The notes beneath the pieces were generated by a model that saw nothing but the letters and a program-made list of their open reading frames with translations, searched no databases and had not been told where the DNA came from. From NCBI GenBank assembly GCA_963777505.1, contig CAVZQN010000004.1, positions 1,248,001-1,312,000 of the forward strand: a DNA stretch of 64,000 nucleotides, written 5' to 3'. Positions 40,784 through 51,923 of this stretch are shown piece by piece. Source of the stretch: an uncultured bacterium (GTDB lineage Bacteria > Acidobacteriota > HRBIN11 > JAKEFK01). How positions within the stretch are numbered: the first letter of the stretch is position 1; every line of letters begins with the position of its first letter. The position numbers and the translations under genes are program-made.

Positions 40784-42415
40784 GTGACAATTGGCAACGG
40801 AAGGGGAGCAGGGGAGCAGGGGAGAAAGGGAGCAGGGGAGCAGAGGAGCGGGGGAGCAGGGGGGTTGGTGGCGGTCATCATTGTGGTGTTGATGCTTGCG
40901 TCGATTCCAGCGATTTATGCAGTGATCAACACGCCTAAAGGCACAGTGTGGACTGGCCTGATCAACAGAAATACAAATGATATCAATGGCTATCTAAGCA
41001 TCATTCAAGAAGTGCGTTCCGATGGACTTCTTGCTCACAATCTAATGACTGCTGAGCCTCACCCTGCATTTCAATTTCGTCCATTTCATGCCGCACTTGG
41101 CATTCTTGGGAAAATGTTTCCTGGTTTGAGTCCGGTTGCGCTTTTAGAAATCGGCAGAATCATCGCAACGATTTTTTTTCTTTTTCTGCTTGCACGCCTT
41201 GTAATGCTCTTTTATGAAACCTCATCAGAACGAATTCTTGCGTTTCTTATCATGACGCTTGGTTCGGGTCTTGGTTGGGCTCACTTAACAGAACTTCGTC
41301 CGGATCTTGGCTACTCAGAACTTTCGACGTTCTCATCGCTCGTTTCTGCGCCGTTGTATCAGCTATCTCTTGGATGCCTGCTCGGAATTATTTTGTCTAT
41401 TGCTGCGGCGTATCAAGCAGAGTCTTTGCGGATGCAACTCAAATATTCATTGATTGCTGCTCTGTTCGCTGTAATTCTCGGATTTGAGCGGCCGTTTTCG
41501 CTGATTACTCTTGGTTTTACGATGGCCGGATTTGCTCTGATCGAAATTCTTAATAATAAACACAAAACAATGAAGCTTCTGCTCTCTGTTCTTCCACTTG
41601 CGATCGCAGCCGGATCAGTCGTTCTGTATCAATTTTTCTTAATAAAAAACATTCCGGTTTATGCGGAATGGAACAGACAAAATATCCTGACATCTCCTCC
41701 TTTGATTGCGATTTTTCTATCTCTCGGATTATTGATTCCACTTGCAATCTTCGGTGTTCCGGAAGCAATACGAAAAAATCGCACACTCGCGTTGATTTTT
41801 TGTTGTTTCGCAATCAGCTCTTTGGTTTGTTCAAAAATACCTGTTCAGGTTCAGGAACGTTTTTTGGAAGGGCTTCCTCTTTCAACAGCTCTTCTGGCTT
41901 CAGCCGGTGCAATACGATTGAAACGTCATTTTAAAGCGCCAGCACTTCAATTCGGATTTGCTGTTGCTCTGATTGCGTTGATAATTCCCTCAAACGTTGT
42001 AGTGACGAAAAATGATTTAAACCGCCTCGCAGAGCGATTTGTACCCCAATATATGCCGCTACCTTTTATGGAAAGCCTGGAAGAACTAAAAAAAGTTTCT
42101 AAACCCGGGGAAGCAGTTTTGAGTATGGAATTAGCAGGGAATTTTGTTATTGCATATTCTTCAAGACCTGCTGTGATTGCACACCGTATTGGAACTGCAC
42201 GCGTTAACGAAAAGAAAAAACTCGTAACGGATCTCTTCGAACTTGATGCAGAGAGTTCCGCAGCTAAATCTCTCATCCCAAAGACGAATGCAACCTGGTT
42301 GTTCTGGGGTCCTGAAGAAAAAGATTATGCAAGAGGCAGATTTAAACCTGAAACTGCATCTTATTTGGAACAACAGCATAAAAACAAAATGGTCACAATT
42401 TACAGGATCAAATAG
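40784..42415 (+). CDS. Polytopic membrane protein (GT-C-like, tentative)
   Basis: About 12 hydrophobic segments, a D..GYLS first loop and a soluble C-terminal domain; true start probably lies after the 5' repeat. Confidence 0.6.
   Translation: MTIGNGRGAGEQGRKGAGEQRSGGAGGLVAVIIVVLMLASIPAIYAVINTPKGTVWTGLINRNTNDINGYLSIIQEVRSDGLLAHNLMTAEPHPAFQFRPFHAALGILGKMFPGLSPVALLEIGRIIATIFFLFLLARLVMLFYETSSERILAFLIMTLGSGLGWAHLTELRPDLGYSELSTFSSLVSAPLYQLSLGCLLGIILSIAAAYQAESLRMQLKYSLIAALFAVILGFERPFSLITLGFTMAGFALIEILNNKHKTMKLLLSVLPLAIAAGSVVLYQFFLIKNIPVYAEWNRQNILTSPPLIAIFLSLGLLIPLAIFGVPEAIRKNRTLALIFCCFAISSLVCSKIPVQVQERFLEGLPLSTALLASAGAIRLKRHFKAPALQFGFAVALIALIIPSNVVVTKNDLNRLAERFVPQYMPLPFMESLEELKKVSKPGEAVLSMELAGNFVIAYSSRPAVIAHRIGTARVNEKKKLVTDLFELDAESSAAKSLIPKTNATWLFWGPEEKDYARGRFKPETASYLEQQHKNKMVTIYRIK
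40803..40862 (+). repeat. Short tandem repeat, about 8-mer GGGAGCAG
   Basis: ggggagcaggggagcaggggagaaagggagcaggggagcagaggagcgggggagcagg. Confidence 0.85.
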
Positions 42416-42449
42416 AAACTCTGAGTTGTACAGGTTAAAATAACTTTAG

Positions 42450-43439
42450 ATGTCGATCACAATTTTTCGTGAGAAGGAAATCAGGGAAGTTGTAAATTTT
42501 CCTGAAGCCATTGCGAGTATGGAGCAGGCCTTTGCTTCGTATTCGGCGGGGAAAGCAATGGTGCCGCCTGTTGTTCATCTTGATGTTCCGGAAAATGAAG
42601 GCGAAATCCATATTAAAGCAGCATATGTTTTAGGCACTGCTACCTATACGATCAAAATTGCTTCCGGATTTTACAAAAACAAAGAGCGTGGACTCCCTCT
42701 TAGCGGTGGGATGATGATTGTGTTTGATTCGCAAACCGGTTCACCGCTCGCATTTTTATTGGACAACGGTTTTCTTACGGATTTTCGAACGGCTGCAGCG
42801 GGCGCTGTGGCATCAAAATACCTGGCGGTCCAGGATGTGAATCAGGTTGCAGCCATTGGTGCAGGAATGCAAGGCCGTTTGCAGATTGAAGCTCTCACAT
42901 TCGTCCGCAATTTTAAACGTGTCAAAGTCTACGATCATAAAACTTCGAATGTAGACCGCTATTTGCAAGAGATGCAGGATCGATTTAAATCGATCGAATT
43001 TGAACCGGCTCGTTCGGTGGATGAAGCATTAGATGGCAGTCAGATCGTCATTACAGCAACTCCGAGCAGACAGCCAATCGTACGCTCGGAGTGGATCAAA
43101 CCAGGCGTTCATATCACTGCCCTCGGTTCCGATGGACCTCATAAACAAGAACTGGACGCCGATGTTTTTTCGAAAGTCGATCGCATTGTTGCCGACAGCA
43201 TTGATCAATGTTTGAAGCTTGGCGAAATTCACCATGCATTTGAGCAAGGAATTATTACACGCGAAAAGATTGCCGGCGAGTTAGGTCAAGTTGTAAGCGG
43301 AGAAATTCCAGGCAGAGAGTCGGATTCTGAAATTACAGTTTGCGATCTGACAGGAGTCGGAGTTCAAGATGCTTTTATTTCCGCTCTCGCTTTTCAAAAA
43401 GCGAGCGCAAAGACGCCCGGTCAGAAATTCGAAAACTAA
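42450..43439 (+). CDS. Ornithine cyclodeaminase / mu-crystallin family
   Basis: LTDFRTAAAGA, GAGMQG, GSDGPHKQELD, DLTGVGVQD. Confidence 0.92.
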   Translation: MSITIFREKEIREVVNFPEAIASMEQAFASYSAGKAMVPPVVHLDVPENEGEIHIKAAYVLGTATYTIKIASGFYKNKERGLPLSGGMMIVFDSQTGSPLAFLLDNGFLTDFRTAAAGAVASKYLAVQDVNQVAAIGAGMQGRLQIEALTFVRNFKRVKVYDHKTSNVDRYLQEMQDRFKSIEFEPARSVDEALDGSQIVITATPSRQPIVRSEWIKPGVHITALGSDGPHKQELDADVFSKVDRIVADSIDQCLKLGEIHHAFEQGIITREKIAGELGQVVSGEIPGRESDSEITVCDLTGVGVQDAFISALAFQKASAKTPGQKFEN

Positions 43440-43754
43440 ATTATGCGGCTCACCATTTTTGCTGCCTCTGTTCGGCATGAATTAGATCATCCGCCAATCT
43501 CATTGCTGCCGAATTCAGACCTTCATTCCTTCCTGGATGGCGCCGAAGATGAGACCTTCTTTTTCGACAAAGGCTCGACGGGCAAGGTCGTTGCTGTCGA
43601 AAGAACTCATTGCCAGTACGGCTATTCAGGAATGGCTTTCAGCACGGGCCCAAACGTGCAGTAGTACTATAATCATAGTACTACTTGAACGGGTGAAGCG
43701 CAGTCCTTGCCTAATGAAGCAGGCCAGAAGCCTGCGCTCCGCTCAATTCTTTTT

Positions 43755-44378
43755 TTATTCCAGGACCAGCAGCACTACACGGCGGTTCTTTGCGCGTCCC
43801 GTTTTTGTGCGATTATCAGTTACTGGACGAGCTTCGCCGTAACTGATTGTTGCAATACGGTGCAGCGGAATGCCATTCTCAGAAAGATAGCGACGAACTG
43901 CTTCAGCTCTGGCCATGCCAAGCTTTTCGTTGTACGGTTCGCTGCCAAATGAATCAGTATGGCCCTGAATCTCAATATAGATGTTCTTATTATCCGTCTT
44001 TAATTGAGCAATCAGATTTTCCAGAATCTCACGAGCGCCATCATTCAGATCGGATTGATCAAATCCGAACTTCACATCATCGCCGGAAAGTGTTACTTCA
44101 TATAACAACTTTCCAAGTGCGAGTTTTTCTGCACTTTGAGCGCGTGCAAGAGCTTCTTGTGACTCTTTGGAAAGTGAAGTGATTTGTTGGTCATGGGTAC
44201 CTAGACGGGAATCCTGTTCCTTGTTGCGGGTCTGTCCCTCTTCAACCGAAGTTCCCAAATCATCCATCTCATTATCGATGCGGTCCACTTCCTTCTTAAC
44301 GCTCTTTTTTGTAGCGCAATCCAGTTGAAGCATCGCTAGTGAAACAATAGCTACCAGGATTAACAATTTTCGCATCAT
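43755..44378 (-). CDS. OmpA-family lipoprotein
   Basis: Lipobox-like CAT, FGFD, GHTD, LG..RAEAV, NRRV. Confidence 0.92.
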   Translation of the reverse strand: MMRKLLILVAIVSLAMLQLDCATKKSVKKEVDRIDNEMDDLGTSVEEGQTRNKEQDSRLGTHDQQITSLSKESQEALARAQSAEKLALGKLLYEVTLSGDDVKFGFDQSDLNDGAREILENLIAQLKTDNKNIYIEIQGHTDSFGSEPYNEKLGMARAEAVRRYLSENGIPLHRIATISYGEARPVTDNRTKTGRAKNRRVVLLVLE

Positions 44379-44383
44379 TTAAT

Positions 44384-45322
44384 CTAACCTCCAGAAACAA
44401 CTGAGTATCTCACCCTCACTCGGTGTTTCGGGTCTTTTGTCTTCAACTCTACTTTACCGTAAGAGACTGTCCCTTGCGGAGTATAGCCAATATAGTACTG
44501 GTATTTTAAGTCTTCAAATATCTTTGAACAAGCCTTATCAATGTCTTCAACTGAAGCTTCCTCGAGAGTGAAATAAAGACCTCCAGTGGATTCAGCAAAT
44601 ATTTTCAGTGGTAATACATCAATATCTTGTTCGGTTTGAGCTTCATCGATCCATTTACTTCGAATCAGCTCAAATGTATAAATAGGCACTTCAACGTTCG
44701 CTGCCATCTGAACGGCTTGTTCGAGAGGCAAATCGCTGCGGTTATCAAGCCCATCTGAAAGCAACAATACGCCTTTTTTTCCAATTTGCTCGAGCAACAA
44801 TCGATGACTATAAGCGATTGCATTTCTTAAGGCTGTACCGCCATATGGCTTCAATTGATCCATTCGGGAAATTAATGCCTTTTTGTCTTTGGTAAAATCG
44901 ACAAGCATTTCGACTTCACCATCGGCAAAAATCATTAATGCCACTTCATCATCTGGAGTGAGCTTTTCCATAACCGCTTTAATGATGTTTTTGGCTGTAT
45001 CAAATTTATCGAGCAGCCGCATGCTACCACTGACATCGAGAAGAAACACGACATTTAATGGTTCGGTTATGTCGTTCGAAAAGTGTGAGATCTCCTGTTT
45101 CTTGCCGTTTATGAACAATGTGAAATCATCTTGAGTGAGACTGTAAATCGGACGGCCTTTTGACGACCGAACAGTCGCGTACAAATTGACGATTGATACG
45201 CTGACTTCAGCAGAGATCGTTGGAAGTTGATCGGGTGGAATTTCTTCCTGGGAAGGCAAGTCAAACGGCAGGAGCAATACGAACACTACGACTGGCAAAA
45301 ACGCCAGCCTCAAATACCTCAT
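44384..45322 (-). CDS. VWA domain protein (Acidobacteria type)
   Basis: DVSGSM MIDAS, GGTAL, SDG.D, QYYIGY. Confidence 0.9.
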   Translation of the reverse strand: MRYLRLAFLPVVVFVLLLPFDLPSQEEIPPDQLPTISAEVSVSIVNLYATVRSSKGRPIYSLTQDDFTLFINGKKQEISHFSNDITEPLNVVFLLDVSGSMRLLDKFDTAKNIIKAVMEKLTPDDEVALMIFADGEVEMLVDFTKDKKALISRMDQLKPYGGTALRNAIAYSHRLLLEQIGKKGVLLLSDGLDNRSDLPLEQAVQMAANVEVPIYTFELIRSKWIDEAQTEQDIDVLPLKIFAESTGGLYFTLEEASVEDIDKACSKIFEDLKYQYYIGYTPQGTVSYGKVELKTKDPKHRVRVRYSVVSGG

Positions 45323-45423
45323 ACTTACTATTCTAATCCTCAATTGGGTTATGGTGCCACTGTTGGCCACTAAAGAGTGTGGTATTTGCGAGAATTATTT
45401 CACTTCGCCTTTGCGGTTAAAAA

Positions 45424-47145
45424 TCATTTTGCTACAAGATAGACTCCCCGTTTGGGTGTGGCTACCTTCAAAACCTCTTGGGTCAGCATTTCCAGTTCTA
45501 AATTCTTGAACCTGGAAGGGAGTCCATCATTTTTAAAGACAGTGGGGCCTGCCATGAAGTGATAATGCAAATGAGGTGCATCTGAGTTGCCGGAGTTTCC
45601 GAGCAAGCCGATCACTTGACCTGCTTTGACAGTATCGCCAGTCTTTACGCGCACCGATCCCATCTTCAGATGAGCAAGGAAACTGAACTCGCCATTTCCA
45701 TGATCGATGATCACATTATTGCCACCGAATGCGCTTACTGGATCAGGCATTTTCATGAAAACATCACGATCGATTTTTCCTGGTGCCGAATTATCTGGAA
45801 CATCATTTCGTGCGAATGTAACTTTCCCATCCGCTGGAGCAATAATTTCAACACCGAATGTTACGTAATCCTCATTTTTTGTTCCATCACCTTTTAGGAC
45901 TTCATAATTTTGTCCAAGAGCAACGATGTCATATGCATAATGCTGGCTCCATTCGGATTTGTGCGGTTCATTGAAATCGTGACCGCCTCCAACAACGAAC
46001 TTTCCTTTGATCGGGAACAACAACTCGGTCTTTTGATCATATGCCGCAACAGGGATGTCAATAATCTTTTGAATTTTTTCTCCATTCGGAGCTGTAAGAT
46101 TCAGTTTATAAGTCATCTTATCCACGCCTTCGGCGGAAGGTCTGGAAAATGAATGACGAAGGTCAAAAACTTCTTCAAGATTGTTAAACCCATCGAAAGA
46201 TGTACCGCGAATTGTCTCAAGCATTGAGTCGGACATCTCAATTGATTCGACACGTTCGTCTTCCGAAAAGAATTCTATTTTCGCTGCAACAATTTCTACA
46301 GGCCGGCTGTATTTTTCTTTTACAAGGACATGAAATGTCCAGCTTTCGGTTGCCGATTCTTCCCAGATGCCGTCATTTTCTTTATAAATTTTTCGAGGAA
46401 TCGTTTCGAGAGTTATTTCAAAAGGTTCATTTGCATGTTGATCGAGAGGACTCCGGAAAAGTGAGTCGTCAATTTCTGCATTGAGGGTGTAGCTGTCAAT
46501 GTTCAACGAAAGGACCTGTCCAGGCAACGTTTGAACAATCGAATATGGTAATTGAATCCCTTCAACGGCTCGATAGTTGGAATAGTCGATCTGGAGATCC
46601 TGCTTTTTAGAATCCATGACTACCTGACGAACTTCACGAAGCAGAAGAAAACTCGTTGTATCAATCAAAAACGTTTCGGTATCTTCAGTGCCAACTTTGA
46701 ATTCAAGGTGATACGCTTCACCGCTTTCAATTTTTTCTTTGCCTTTGAATTCGACAGGTGTGCTGTTTTTGTAATATTCGAGCAAAGCGTTGAACTTTGC
46801 ACTTCGTTTGAGCCGATCTAGATCGGGTCCAGCAAGCTCTTGAAGGGTTGTCTGTTTTTGCCAGCCTTTAGTTCCATCGAAGGCCCGTTCCTGAACGACG
46901 ACTTTCAGATCCAGCAGAGTCTTGATCCGATCAGGAGATTTTGACCAGAGATGATAGGTTCCTGACAATCCCGAAACTTGAACTTGAGCCGTAGCAGTTT
47001 TTGTCTGAGTTTTTTCAAGCTTCTCTATCCCTCCCATCGCCGCCAAGGATTTTTCAATGATCTCTTTTGCTGTGGGTTCTTCGGAGAACAGTGGAAGTTG
47101 AAACAACCAAAAAACTGCAATGCACAGGAAAAGTTTATTTTTCAT
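45424..47145 (-). CDS. M23 family peptidase with N-terminal lipoprotein-sorting-like domain
   Basis: H..YAYD, GN.V.IDH, AHL, GNSGNSDAPHLH; N-terminal AMGG domain. Confidence 0.85.
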   Translation of the reverse strand: MKNKLFLCIAVFWLFQLPLFSEEPTAKEIIEKSLAAMGGIEKLEKTQTKTATAQVQVSGLSGTYHLWSKSPDRIKTLLDLKVVVQERAFDGTKGWQKQTTLQELAGPDLDRLKRSAKFNALLEYYKNSTPVEFKGKEKIESGEAYHLEFKVGTEDTETFLIDTTSFLLLREVRQVVMDSKKQDLQIDYSNYRAVEGIQLPYSIVQTLPGQVLSLNIDSYTLNAEIDDSLFRSPLDQHANEPFEITLETIPRKIYKENDGIWEESATESWTFHVLVKEKYSRPVEIVAAKIEFFSEDERVESIEMSDSMLETIRGTSFDGFNNLEEVFDLRHSFSRPSAEGVDKMTYKLNLTAPNGEKIQKIIDIPVAAYDQKTELLFPIKGKFVVGGGHDFNEPHKSEWSQHYAYDIVALGQNYEVLKGDGTKNEDYVTFGVEIIAPADGKVTFARNDVPDNSAPGKIDRDVFMKMPDPVSAFGGNNVIIDHGNGEFSFLAHLKMGSVRVKTGDTVKAGQVIGLLGNSGNSDAPHLHYHFMAGPTVFKNDGLPSRFKNLELEMLTQEVLKVATPKRGVYLVAK

Positions 47146-47186
47146 TTTTTTACCGCCAAGACGCAAAGGTTATAATATCGTAAAAC

Positions 47187-47999
47187 TTGGAGGGTCCAAT
47201 TTTTAAAGAAAAAGTTTTCAAGGATCAAGTTGTTTTAGTCACCGGTGGTGGTACGGGTCTTGGAAAAGTTGCAGCGAAACGATTTGCAGAGTTAGGTGCA
47301 AGTGGGATTTTGATTGCTGGAAGGCGTGAAGAAAAATTGAAGGAAGCTGCGCCTGAAATTGCATCGGCAGGCGCTCAGGTAGAAACATTTCCCGTTGATA
47401 TTCGTGATGCTGCCCGTGTCCAGGAAATGGTCGATCGCTGTGTAGAACGATTTGGTCGAATCGATGTGTTGCTCAACAATGCTGCAGGAAATTTTCCAAC
47501 ACGCGCGGAGGATCTTTCGGTTAATGGCTGGAATGCTGTCGTAAACATTGTGTTGAATGGAACTTTTTATGTGACACGTGCAGCCGGACTGCAGATGATC
47601 AAACAGAAAAAAGGCTCGATTGTCAGTGTGGTGCATCCGCAGGCTTTGCAAGGCGGACCTGGCAACATTCATTCTGTTTCTGCAAAAGCTGGCGTGATCG
47701 CAATGAGCCGCACACTGGCTGTGGAGTGGGCGAAATATAACATTCGAGTGAATACGATTGCTCCCGGTCCTTTCCGCAGTGAAGGGACTGATAAAAATTT
47801 ATGGCCAACTGAAGAAATTCGAAAACAGGTGACCGAAGCTATTCCTGCAAATCGCTTTGGCACTGCGGAAGAAATGGCCAACGCAATCTGCTATCTTGTT
47901 TCCGATTACGCCAGTTACATTACTGGTCATATGCTTGTTGTGGATGGCGGCTGGTCACTTGAACGTGAAGGCTTCCTTCCATTGCTAAAGAAAGATTAA
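47187..47999 (+). CDS. SDR, 2,4-dienoyl-CoA reductase-like
   Basis: TGGGTGLG, NNAAGNF, HSVSAK, LAVEW. Confidence 0.9.
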   Translation: MEGPIFKEKVFKDQVVLVTGGGTGLGKVAAKRFAELGASGILIAGRREEKLKEAAPEIASAGAQVETFPVDIRDAARVQEMVDRCVERFGRIDVLLNNAAGNFPTRAEDLSVNGWNAVVNIVLNGTFYVTRAAGLQMIKQKKGSIVSVVHPQALQGGPGNIHSVSAKAGVIAMSRTLAVEWAKYNIRVNTIAPGPFRSEGTDKNLWPTEEIRKQVTEAIPANRFGTAEEMANAICYLVSDYASYITGHMLVVDGGWSLEREGFLPLLKKD

Positions 48000-48033
48000 C
48001 CGCAGAATCGCAGAGCCTATATAATTACCGCTC

Positions 48034-48318
48034 ATGAATATTGATCGAGACGTGGTTTTGCACATCGCAAAACTTGCAAACATTGAACTTCAGGACACTG
48101 AAATTGAGCTTTTTACAAAACAACTCGGCGATATTCTTCACTACATCGAAACATTGGATGAGCTTGAACAAGACGCAGCCACATTTTCTTATGGTAATTT
48201 TCTTCCAGCTGTAACGAGACCCGACATCCCTCAACCTTCATTACCGATCGAAGAAGTTCTAAGGAATGCGCCTGAAAATGTTAAGCAGTTTTTTAAAGTT
48301 CCAAAGGTTCTTCCATGA
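48034..48318 (+). CDS. gatC: Asp/Glu-tRNA amidotransferase subunit C
   Basis: HIAKLA..L, NAP..FKVPKV; overlaps gatA. Confidence 0.92.
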   Translation: MNIDRDVVLHIAKLANIELQDTEIELFTKQLGDILHYIETLDELEQDAATFSYGNFLPAVTRPDIPQPSLPIEEVLRNAPENVKQFFKVPKVLP

Positions 48319-49766
48319 CCGAACTTCTAACCGGAAACATTTCGACTCTCTTAAATGCATATCGTTCTGGAAAAACAACACCGGAAGAAGTTTGTAATGA
48401 AGTATTCCAACGTATTGATCGTTTCGATTCAAAAACTGGTGCTTTCTTAAGGCTTGATCGCGAAGGAGCAATCCAATCCGCAAAAGATGCTTCGAAGGAT
48501 TTAAGCAAACCTCTTGCGGGCGTTCCAATTGCGATTAAGGATGTCCTTTCTACAAAACATCTTGAGACAACCTGTGGTTCAAAAATCCTGAAAGATTATT
48601 TGCCGCCTTATGATGCGACGGCAATTGCTCGATTAAAGCAAGCCGGCGCCGTTATTGTTGGCAAAACAAATTGCGATGAATTCGCTATGGGCTCCAGTAC
48701 TGAAAATTCTGCGTATCAATTGACACGCAATCCATGGAACCTGAACCACGCACCTGGAGGATCGTCCGGTGGTTCTGCTGCCGCAGTTGCTTCAGGTTTT
48801 GCGATGGCAGCTCTTGGTACTGATACAGGTGGATCAATTCGTCAGCCGGCATCATTTTGTGGAGTGATTGGTGTAAAACCGACTTACGGAAGAGTAAGCC
48901 GTTACGGCCTTGTGGCTTTTGGTTCAAGTTTGGATTGCATCGGCCCTTTCGCCCGTTCAGTTGAAGATGCTGCAATCATTCTTCAAACCATTGCAGGAAA
49001 AGATCCGCAAGATTCGACATCTGCTCCGGCTGCGGTTCCAAATTATTTTGAAGCACTCTCATCGAAACAAACATTGCGAGTCGGGGTGCCCGAAGAATAT
49101 TTTGGCGAAGGTTTGGATCCAGAGATTGGACAACGCGTCGGTGAAGCCCTTCAATGGATGGAAAGAAGTGGAAGAGTACAATTGAAAAAGATTTCGCTTC
49201 CGCATACAAAATATGCAATCGCGGTTTATTACATTGTTGCAACTGCGGAAGCTTCTTCCAATTTGTCGCGTTTTGACGGTGTTAAGTACGGATACCGCTC
49301 ACCCGGAGTCAATTCGCTCGAAACAATGTATCGAAAAACACGTTCAGCTGGATTTGGTTCCGAAGTAAAACGTCGAATCATGCTTGGAACATTTGCGTTA
49401 AGCTCCGGCTACTACGATGCTTACTACTTGAAAGCGTTGAAGGCTCGGAGTTTGATTGCACAGGATTTTGCCAGAGCTTTCGAAGATGTTGATTTAGTTT
49501 GTACTCCGACGTCACCTACTCCCGCATTCGGTTTAGGAGAAAAAGTGGATAATCCTCTCGCGATGTATCTTTCCGACATTTATACGGTTACGATGAATCT
49601 AGCAGGATTGCCGGCTATTTCAATTCCTTGTGGTTTTACTAATGCCGGCTTGCCTGCAGGTCTTCAAATCATTGCGAATCATCTTGATGAATCCAGAATG
49701 TTTCAGCTCTCCGATCTATATCTAAAGGATCATCCTGTGAGGCTTCCTTCTTTATCATGGACATAA
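48315..49766 (+). CDS. gatA: Asp/Glu-tRNA amidotransferase subunit A
   Basis: [26 protein letters not shown]. Confidence 0.97.
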   Translation: MTELLTGNISTLLNAYRSGKTTPEEVCNEVFQRIDRFDSKTGAFLRLDREGAIQSAKDASKDLSKPLAGVPIAIKDVLSTKHLETTCGSKILKDYLPPYDATAIARLKQAGAVIVGKTNCDEFAMGSSTENSAYQLTRNPWNLNHAPGGSSGGSAAAVASGFAMAALGTDTGGSIRQPASFCGVIGVKPTYGRVSRYGLVAFGSSLDCIGPFARSVEDAAIILQTIAGKDPQDSTSAPAAVPNYFEALSSKQTLRVGVPEEYFGEGLDPEIGQRVGEALQWMERSGRVQLKKISLPHTKYAIAVYYIVATAEASSNLSRFDGVKYGYRSPGVNSLETMYRKTRSAGFGSEVKRRIMLGTFALSSGYYDAYYLKALKARSLIAQDFARAFEDVDLVCTPTSPTPAFGLGEKVDNPLAMYLSDIYTVTMNLAGLPAISIPCGFTNAGLPAGLQIIANHLDESRMFQLSDLYLKDHPVRLPSLSWT

Positions 49767-50458
49767 CACCTGTTCGGTTAGTTGAATTTCTGATTCATTA
49801 CGCATTCTTTTTGCTTTCCGCAGCCGTTCATGAAAGCGCGCATGCATGGACTGCATACAAATTTGGCGATCCGACCGCAAAGATGCAGGATCGTATTTCA
49901 CTCAATCCTGCGAATCATATTGATATTGTTGGAACCGTAATTATTCCTTTCGCTGTCTTTATAACGGGATTTCCAATCATTGGCTGGGCTAAACCAACTC
50001 CTGTAAATTCTGCAAATTTTTCCAATCCACGCAGGGATGACATGTTTGTCTCCGGTGCCGGGCCAGTCAGCAACATATTAACCGTTGCAGTCCTTGCAAT
50101 TCCGTGGCATATTGCTTTCTCTTTTGTTCCACTCCCCCTTCCTCCATTTGAAGACATTACCATGGGCGGAAAGGTGGCTCTTTTGTTTTGTTATGTATTC
50201 GGAACCGGAATTCTTGTGAACTTGATGTTAGCCGTTTTCAACATGCTTCCCATCCATCCACTCGATGGCAGCGGTGTGCTGGAAGGCCTGCTTCCAAAGA
50301 CATGGGCAGATGCATACTCAAAAATGCGTCGTTATGGATTCATCATTCTCCTGGTTTTGTTTTATATGCCTGCATTTGGCCGCATGATCTGGAGTATTGT
50401 TCGATTCTTGGGCGGAGTTTTTAGAATTCAATTTTTCTCTCTTCAAGGAATTTGGTAA
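49757..50458 (+). CDS. Site-2 protease (M50)
   Basis: [19 protein letters not shown]. Confidence 0.93.
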   Translation: MDITPVRLVEFLIHYAFFLLSAAVHESAHAWTAYKFGDPTAKMQDRISLNPANHIDIVGTVIIPFAVFITGFPIIGWAKPTPVNSANFSNPRRDDMFVSGAGPVSNILTVAVLAIPWHIAFSFVPLPLPPFEDITMGGKVALLFCYVFGTGILVNLMLAVFNMLPIHPLDGSGVLEGLLPKTWADAYSKMRRYGFIILLVLFYMPAFGRMIWSIVRFLGGVFRIQFFSLQGIW

Positions 50459-50461
50459 AAG

Positions 50462-51187
50462 ATGGAATCAACTCAACACACCGTTGAACTCGAAGTTTTT
50501 CAAGGTCCGCTGGACCTGCTGCTCTATTTAATTCATAAAAATGAAATCAATATTTATGACATTCCAATCGCAACGATCACTCAGCAATATCTGGATCATT
50601 TGGAATTGATGCAGGAATTAAATCTAAATGTTGCAGGCGAATTCATTTTGATGGCCGTTCAATTGATAGAAATGAAGATTCGCATGATACTTCCGAAACC
50701 TGCTTCGCAAGAAGGTTTGGAAGAGGACGATCTACGCCGGCCGCTGGTTGAACAGCTTCTTGAGTATCAACAATATAAGATGGCTGCGCAGCATCTCAAA
50801 GACAGGGAAGGCGATTCTGAACAATACTGGCGGCGTCCGGAAACTTTTGACCCTGAAGAAAATCGTGAAGAACTTGTTGAAGCAAACCTTTATGATCTTG
50901 TTCATGCGTTTGCACTCTTAATTAAACGGACTCAGAAAAAAGAGGCGCTGGAAATCAGGGCCGATCAGTTTTCTGTGAAGCAAAAAATTCAAGAACTCAC
51001 GGAGTATCTTGAAAAACGACAAAGCTTCAGTCTGATGGAATATTCGAAACAGCTTGAATCAAGAGTTGAAATGATTGTACTGTTTCTTGCGATTCTGGAG
51101 ATGATCCGCCTCAGCTTGCTCCGAATTTATCAGGGTGAAATATTCGGAGATATCGTTGTGTATGCTGGGGATCAATCGGAAGAGTAA
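50462..51187 (+). CDS. scpA: Segregation and condensation protein A
   Basis: FQGPLDLLLYLI, FLAILE. Confidence 0.95.
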   Translation: MESTQHTVELEVFQGPLDLLLYLIHKNEINIYDIPIATITQQYLDHLELMQELNLNVAGEFILMAVQLIEMKIRMILPKPASQEGLEEDDLRRPLVEQLLEYQQYKMAAQHLKDREGDSEQYWRRPETFDPEENREELVEANLYDLVHAFALLIKRTQKKEALEIRADQFSVKQKIQELTEYLEKRQSFSLMEYSKQLESRVEMIVLFLAILEMIRLSLLRIYQGEIFGDIVVYAGDQSEE

Positions 51188-51205
51188 ACCGCGAAGACGC
51201 AGAGA

Positions 51206-51847
51206 ATGAAGTGGAAAGGTGTCATTTTCGATCGTGATGGGACTCTGTTTGATTCGCTGCCAGTGATTTTGCGCGCCTTCAATTACGGGATTGAGCCTTT
51301 CTCCAATCGGCAACCATCAGATGAAGAATGGTTTGCGGCCTTTGGTCCCGATGAACCGGAAGTCATGGGAAAGTTCATTGCTGCTGATAACAAAATCGCA
51401 GCGTATCAGCGGTTCTTCCAATACTATCGTGATCACTTCCATCAAATTTCACTCTACCCGGGCATGCGAGAGATCCTTGAAAAGCTTCATAAAGACCAGG
51501 TGAAGCTGGCTCTATTTACCGGAGCGGGAAAAGAGACGGCACGATATTGCTTAAAAAATGAAGGTATTCTTCATTACTTTAGCGAACTGATTACTGGAGA
51601 CTCGGTTGTTAGCCCTAAGCCCGATCCGGAAGGGATTTTCAAGGCGATGGAATCTCTGCATACTACTGCAGTAGAAACGCTTGTAGTTGGCGATGCAGGA
51701 GCCGATGTTCTCGCAGGACAACGTGCCGGCGCCACGACGATACTTGCCCGCTGGGGCGGCTTTGTCCCACCTCATGATCTGCCGTCCACGCCTGACTATG
51801 TTTTTACAAATGTTGGCCAGTTTGAATCCTTTTTATGGAATTTGTAA
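51206..51847 (+). CDS. HAD family phosphatase
   Basis: FDRDGTL, KPDPE, VGD..D. Confidence 0.9.
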   Translation: MKWKGVIFDRDGTLFDSLPVILRAFNYGIEPFSNRQPSDEEWFAAFGPDEPEVMGKFIAADNKIAAYQRFFQYYRDHFHQISLYPGMREILEKLHKDQVKLALFTGAGKETARYCLKNEGILHYFSELITGDSVVSPKPDPEGIFKAMESLHTTAVETLVVGDAGADVLAGQRAGATTILARWGGFVPPHDLPSTPDYVFTNVGQFESFLWNL

Positions 51848-51923
51848 CCGCAAAGACGCCGAGCCCCCCACTTTGCCTTCTAGCGCCGTAATAAGTATTT
51901 TATGTGAGAAGATGAGGTGCCGC

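Noticed and set aside
43515-43676. Minus-strand frame MIIVLLHVWARAESHS-TGA-IAVLAMSSFDSNDLARRAFVEKEGLIF, faintly TlpA/redoxin-like, considered as a second selenoprotein
   Set aside because: No CxxU/UxxC motif, too short, and no clear SECIS; at most a decayed redoxin remnant. The overlapping + ORF 43443..43664 is also unsupported.
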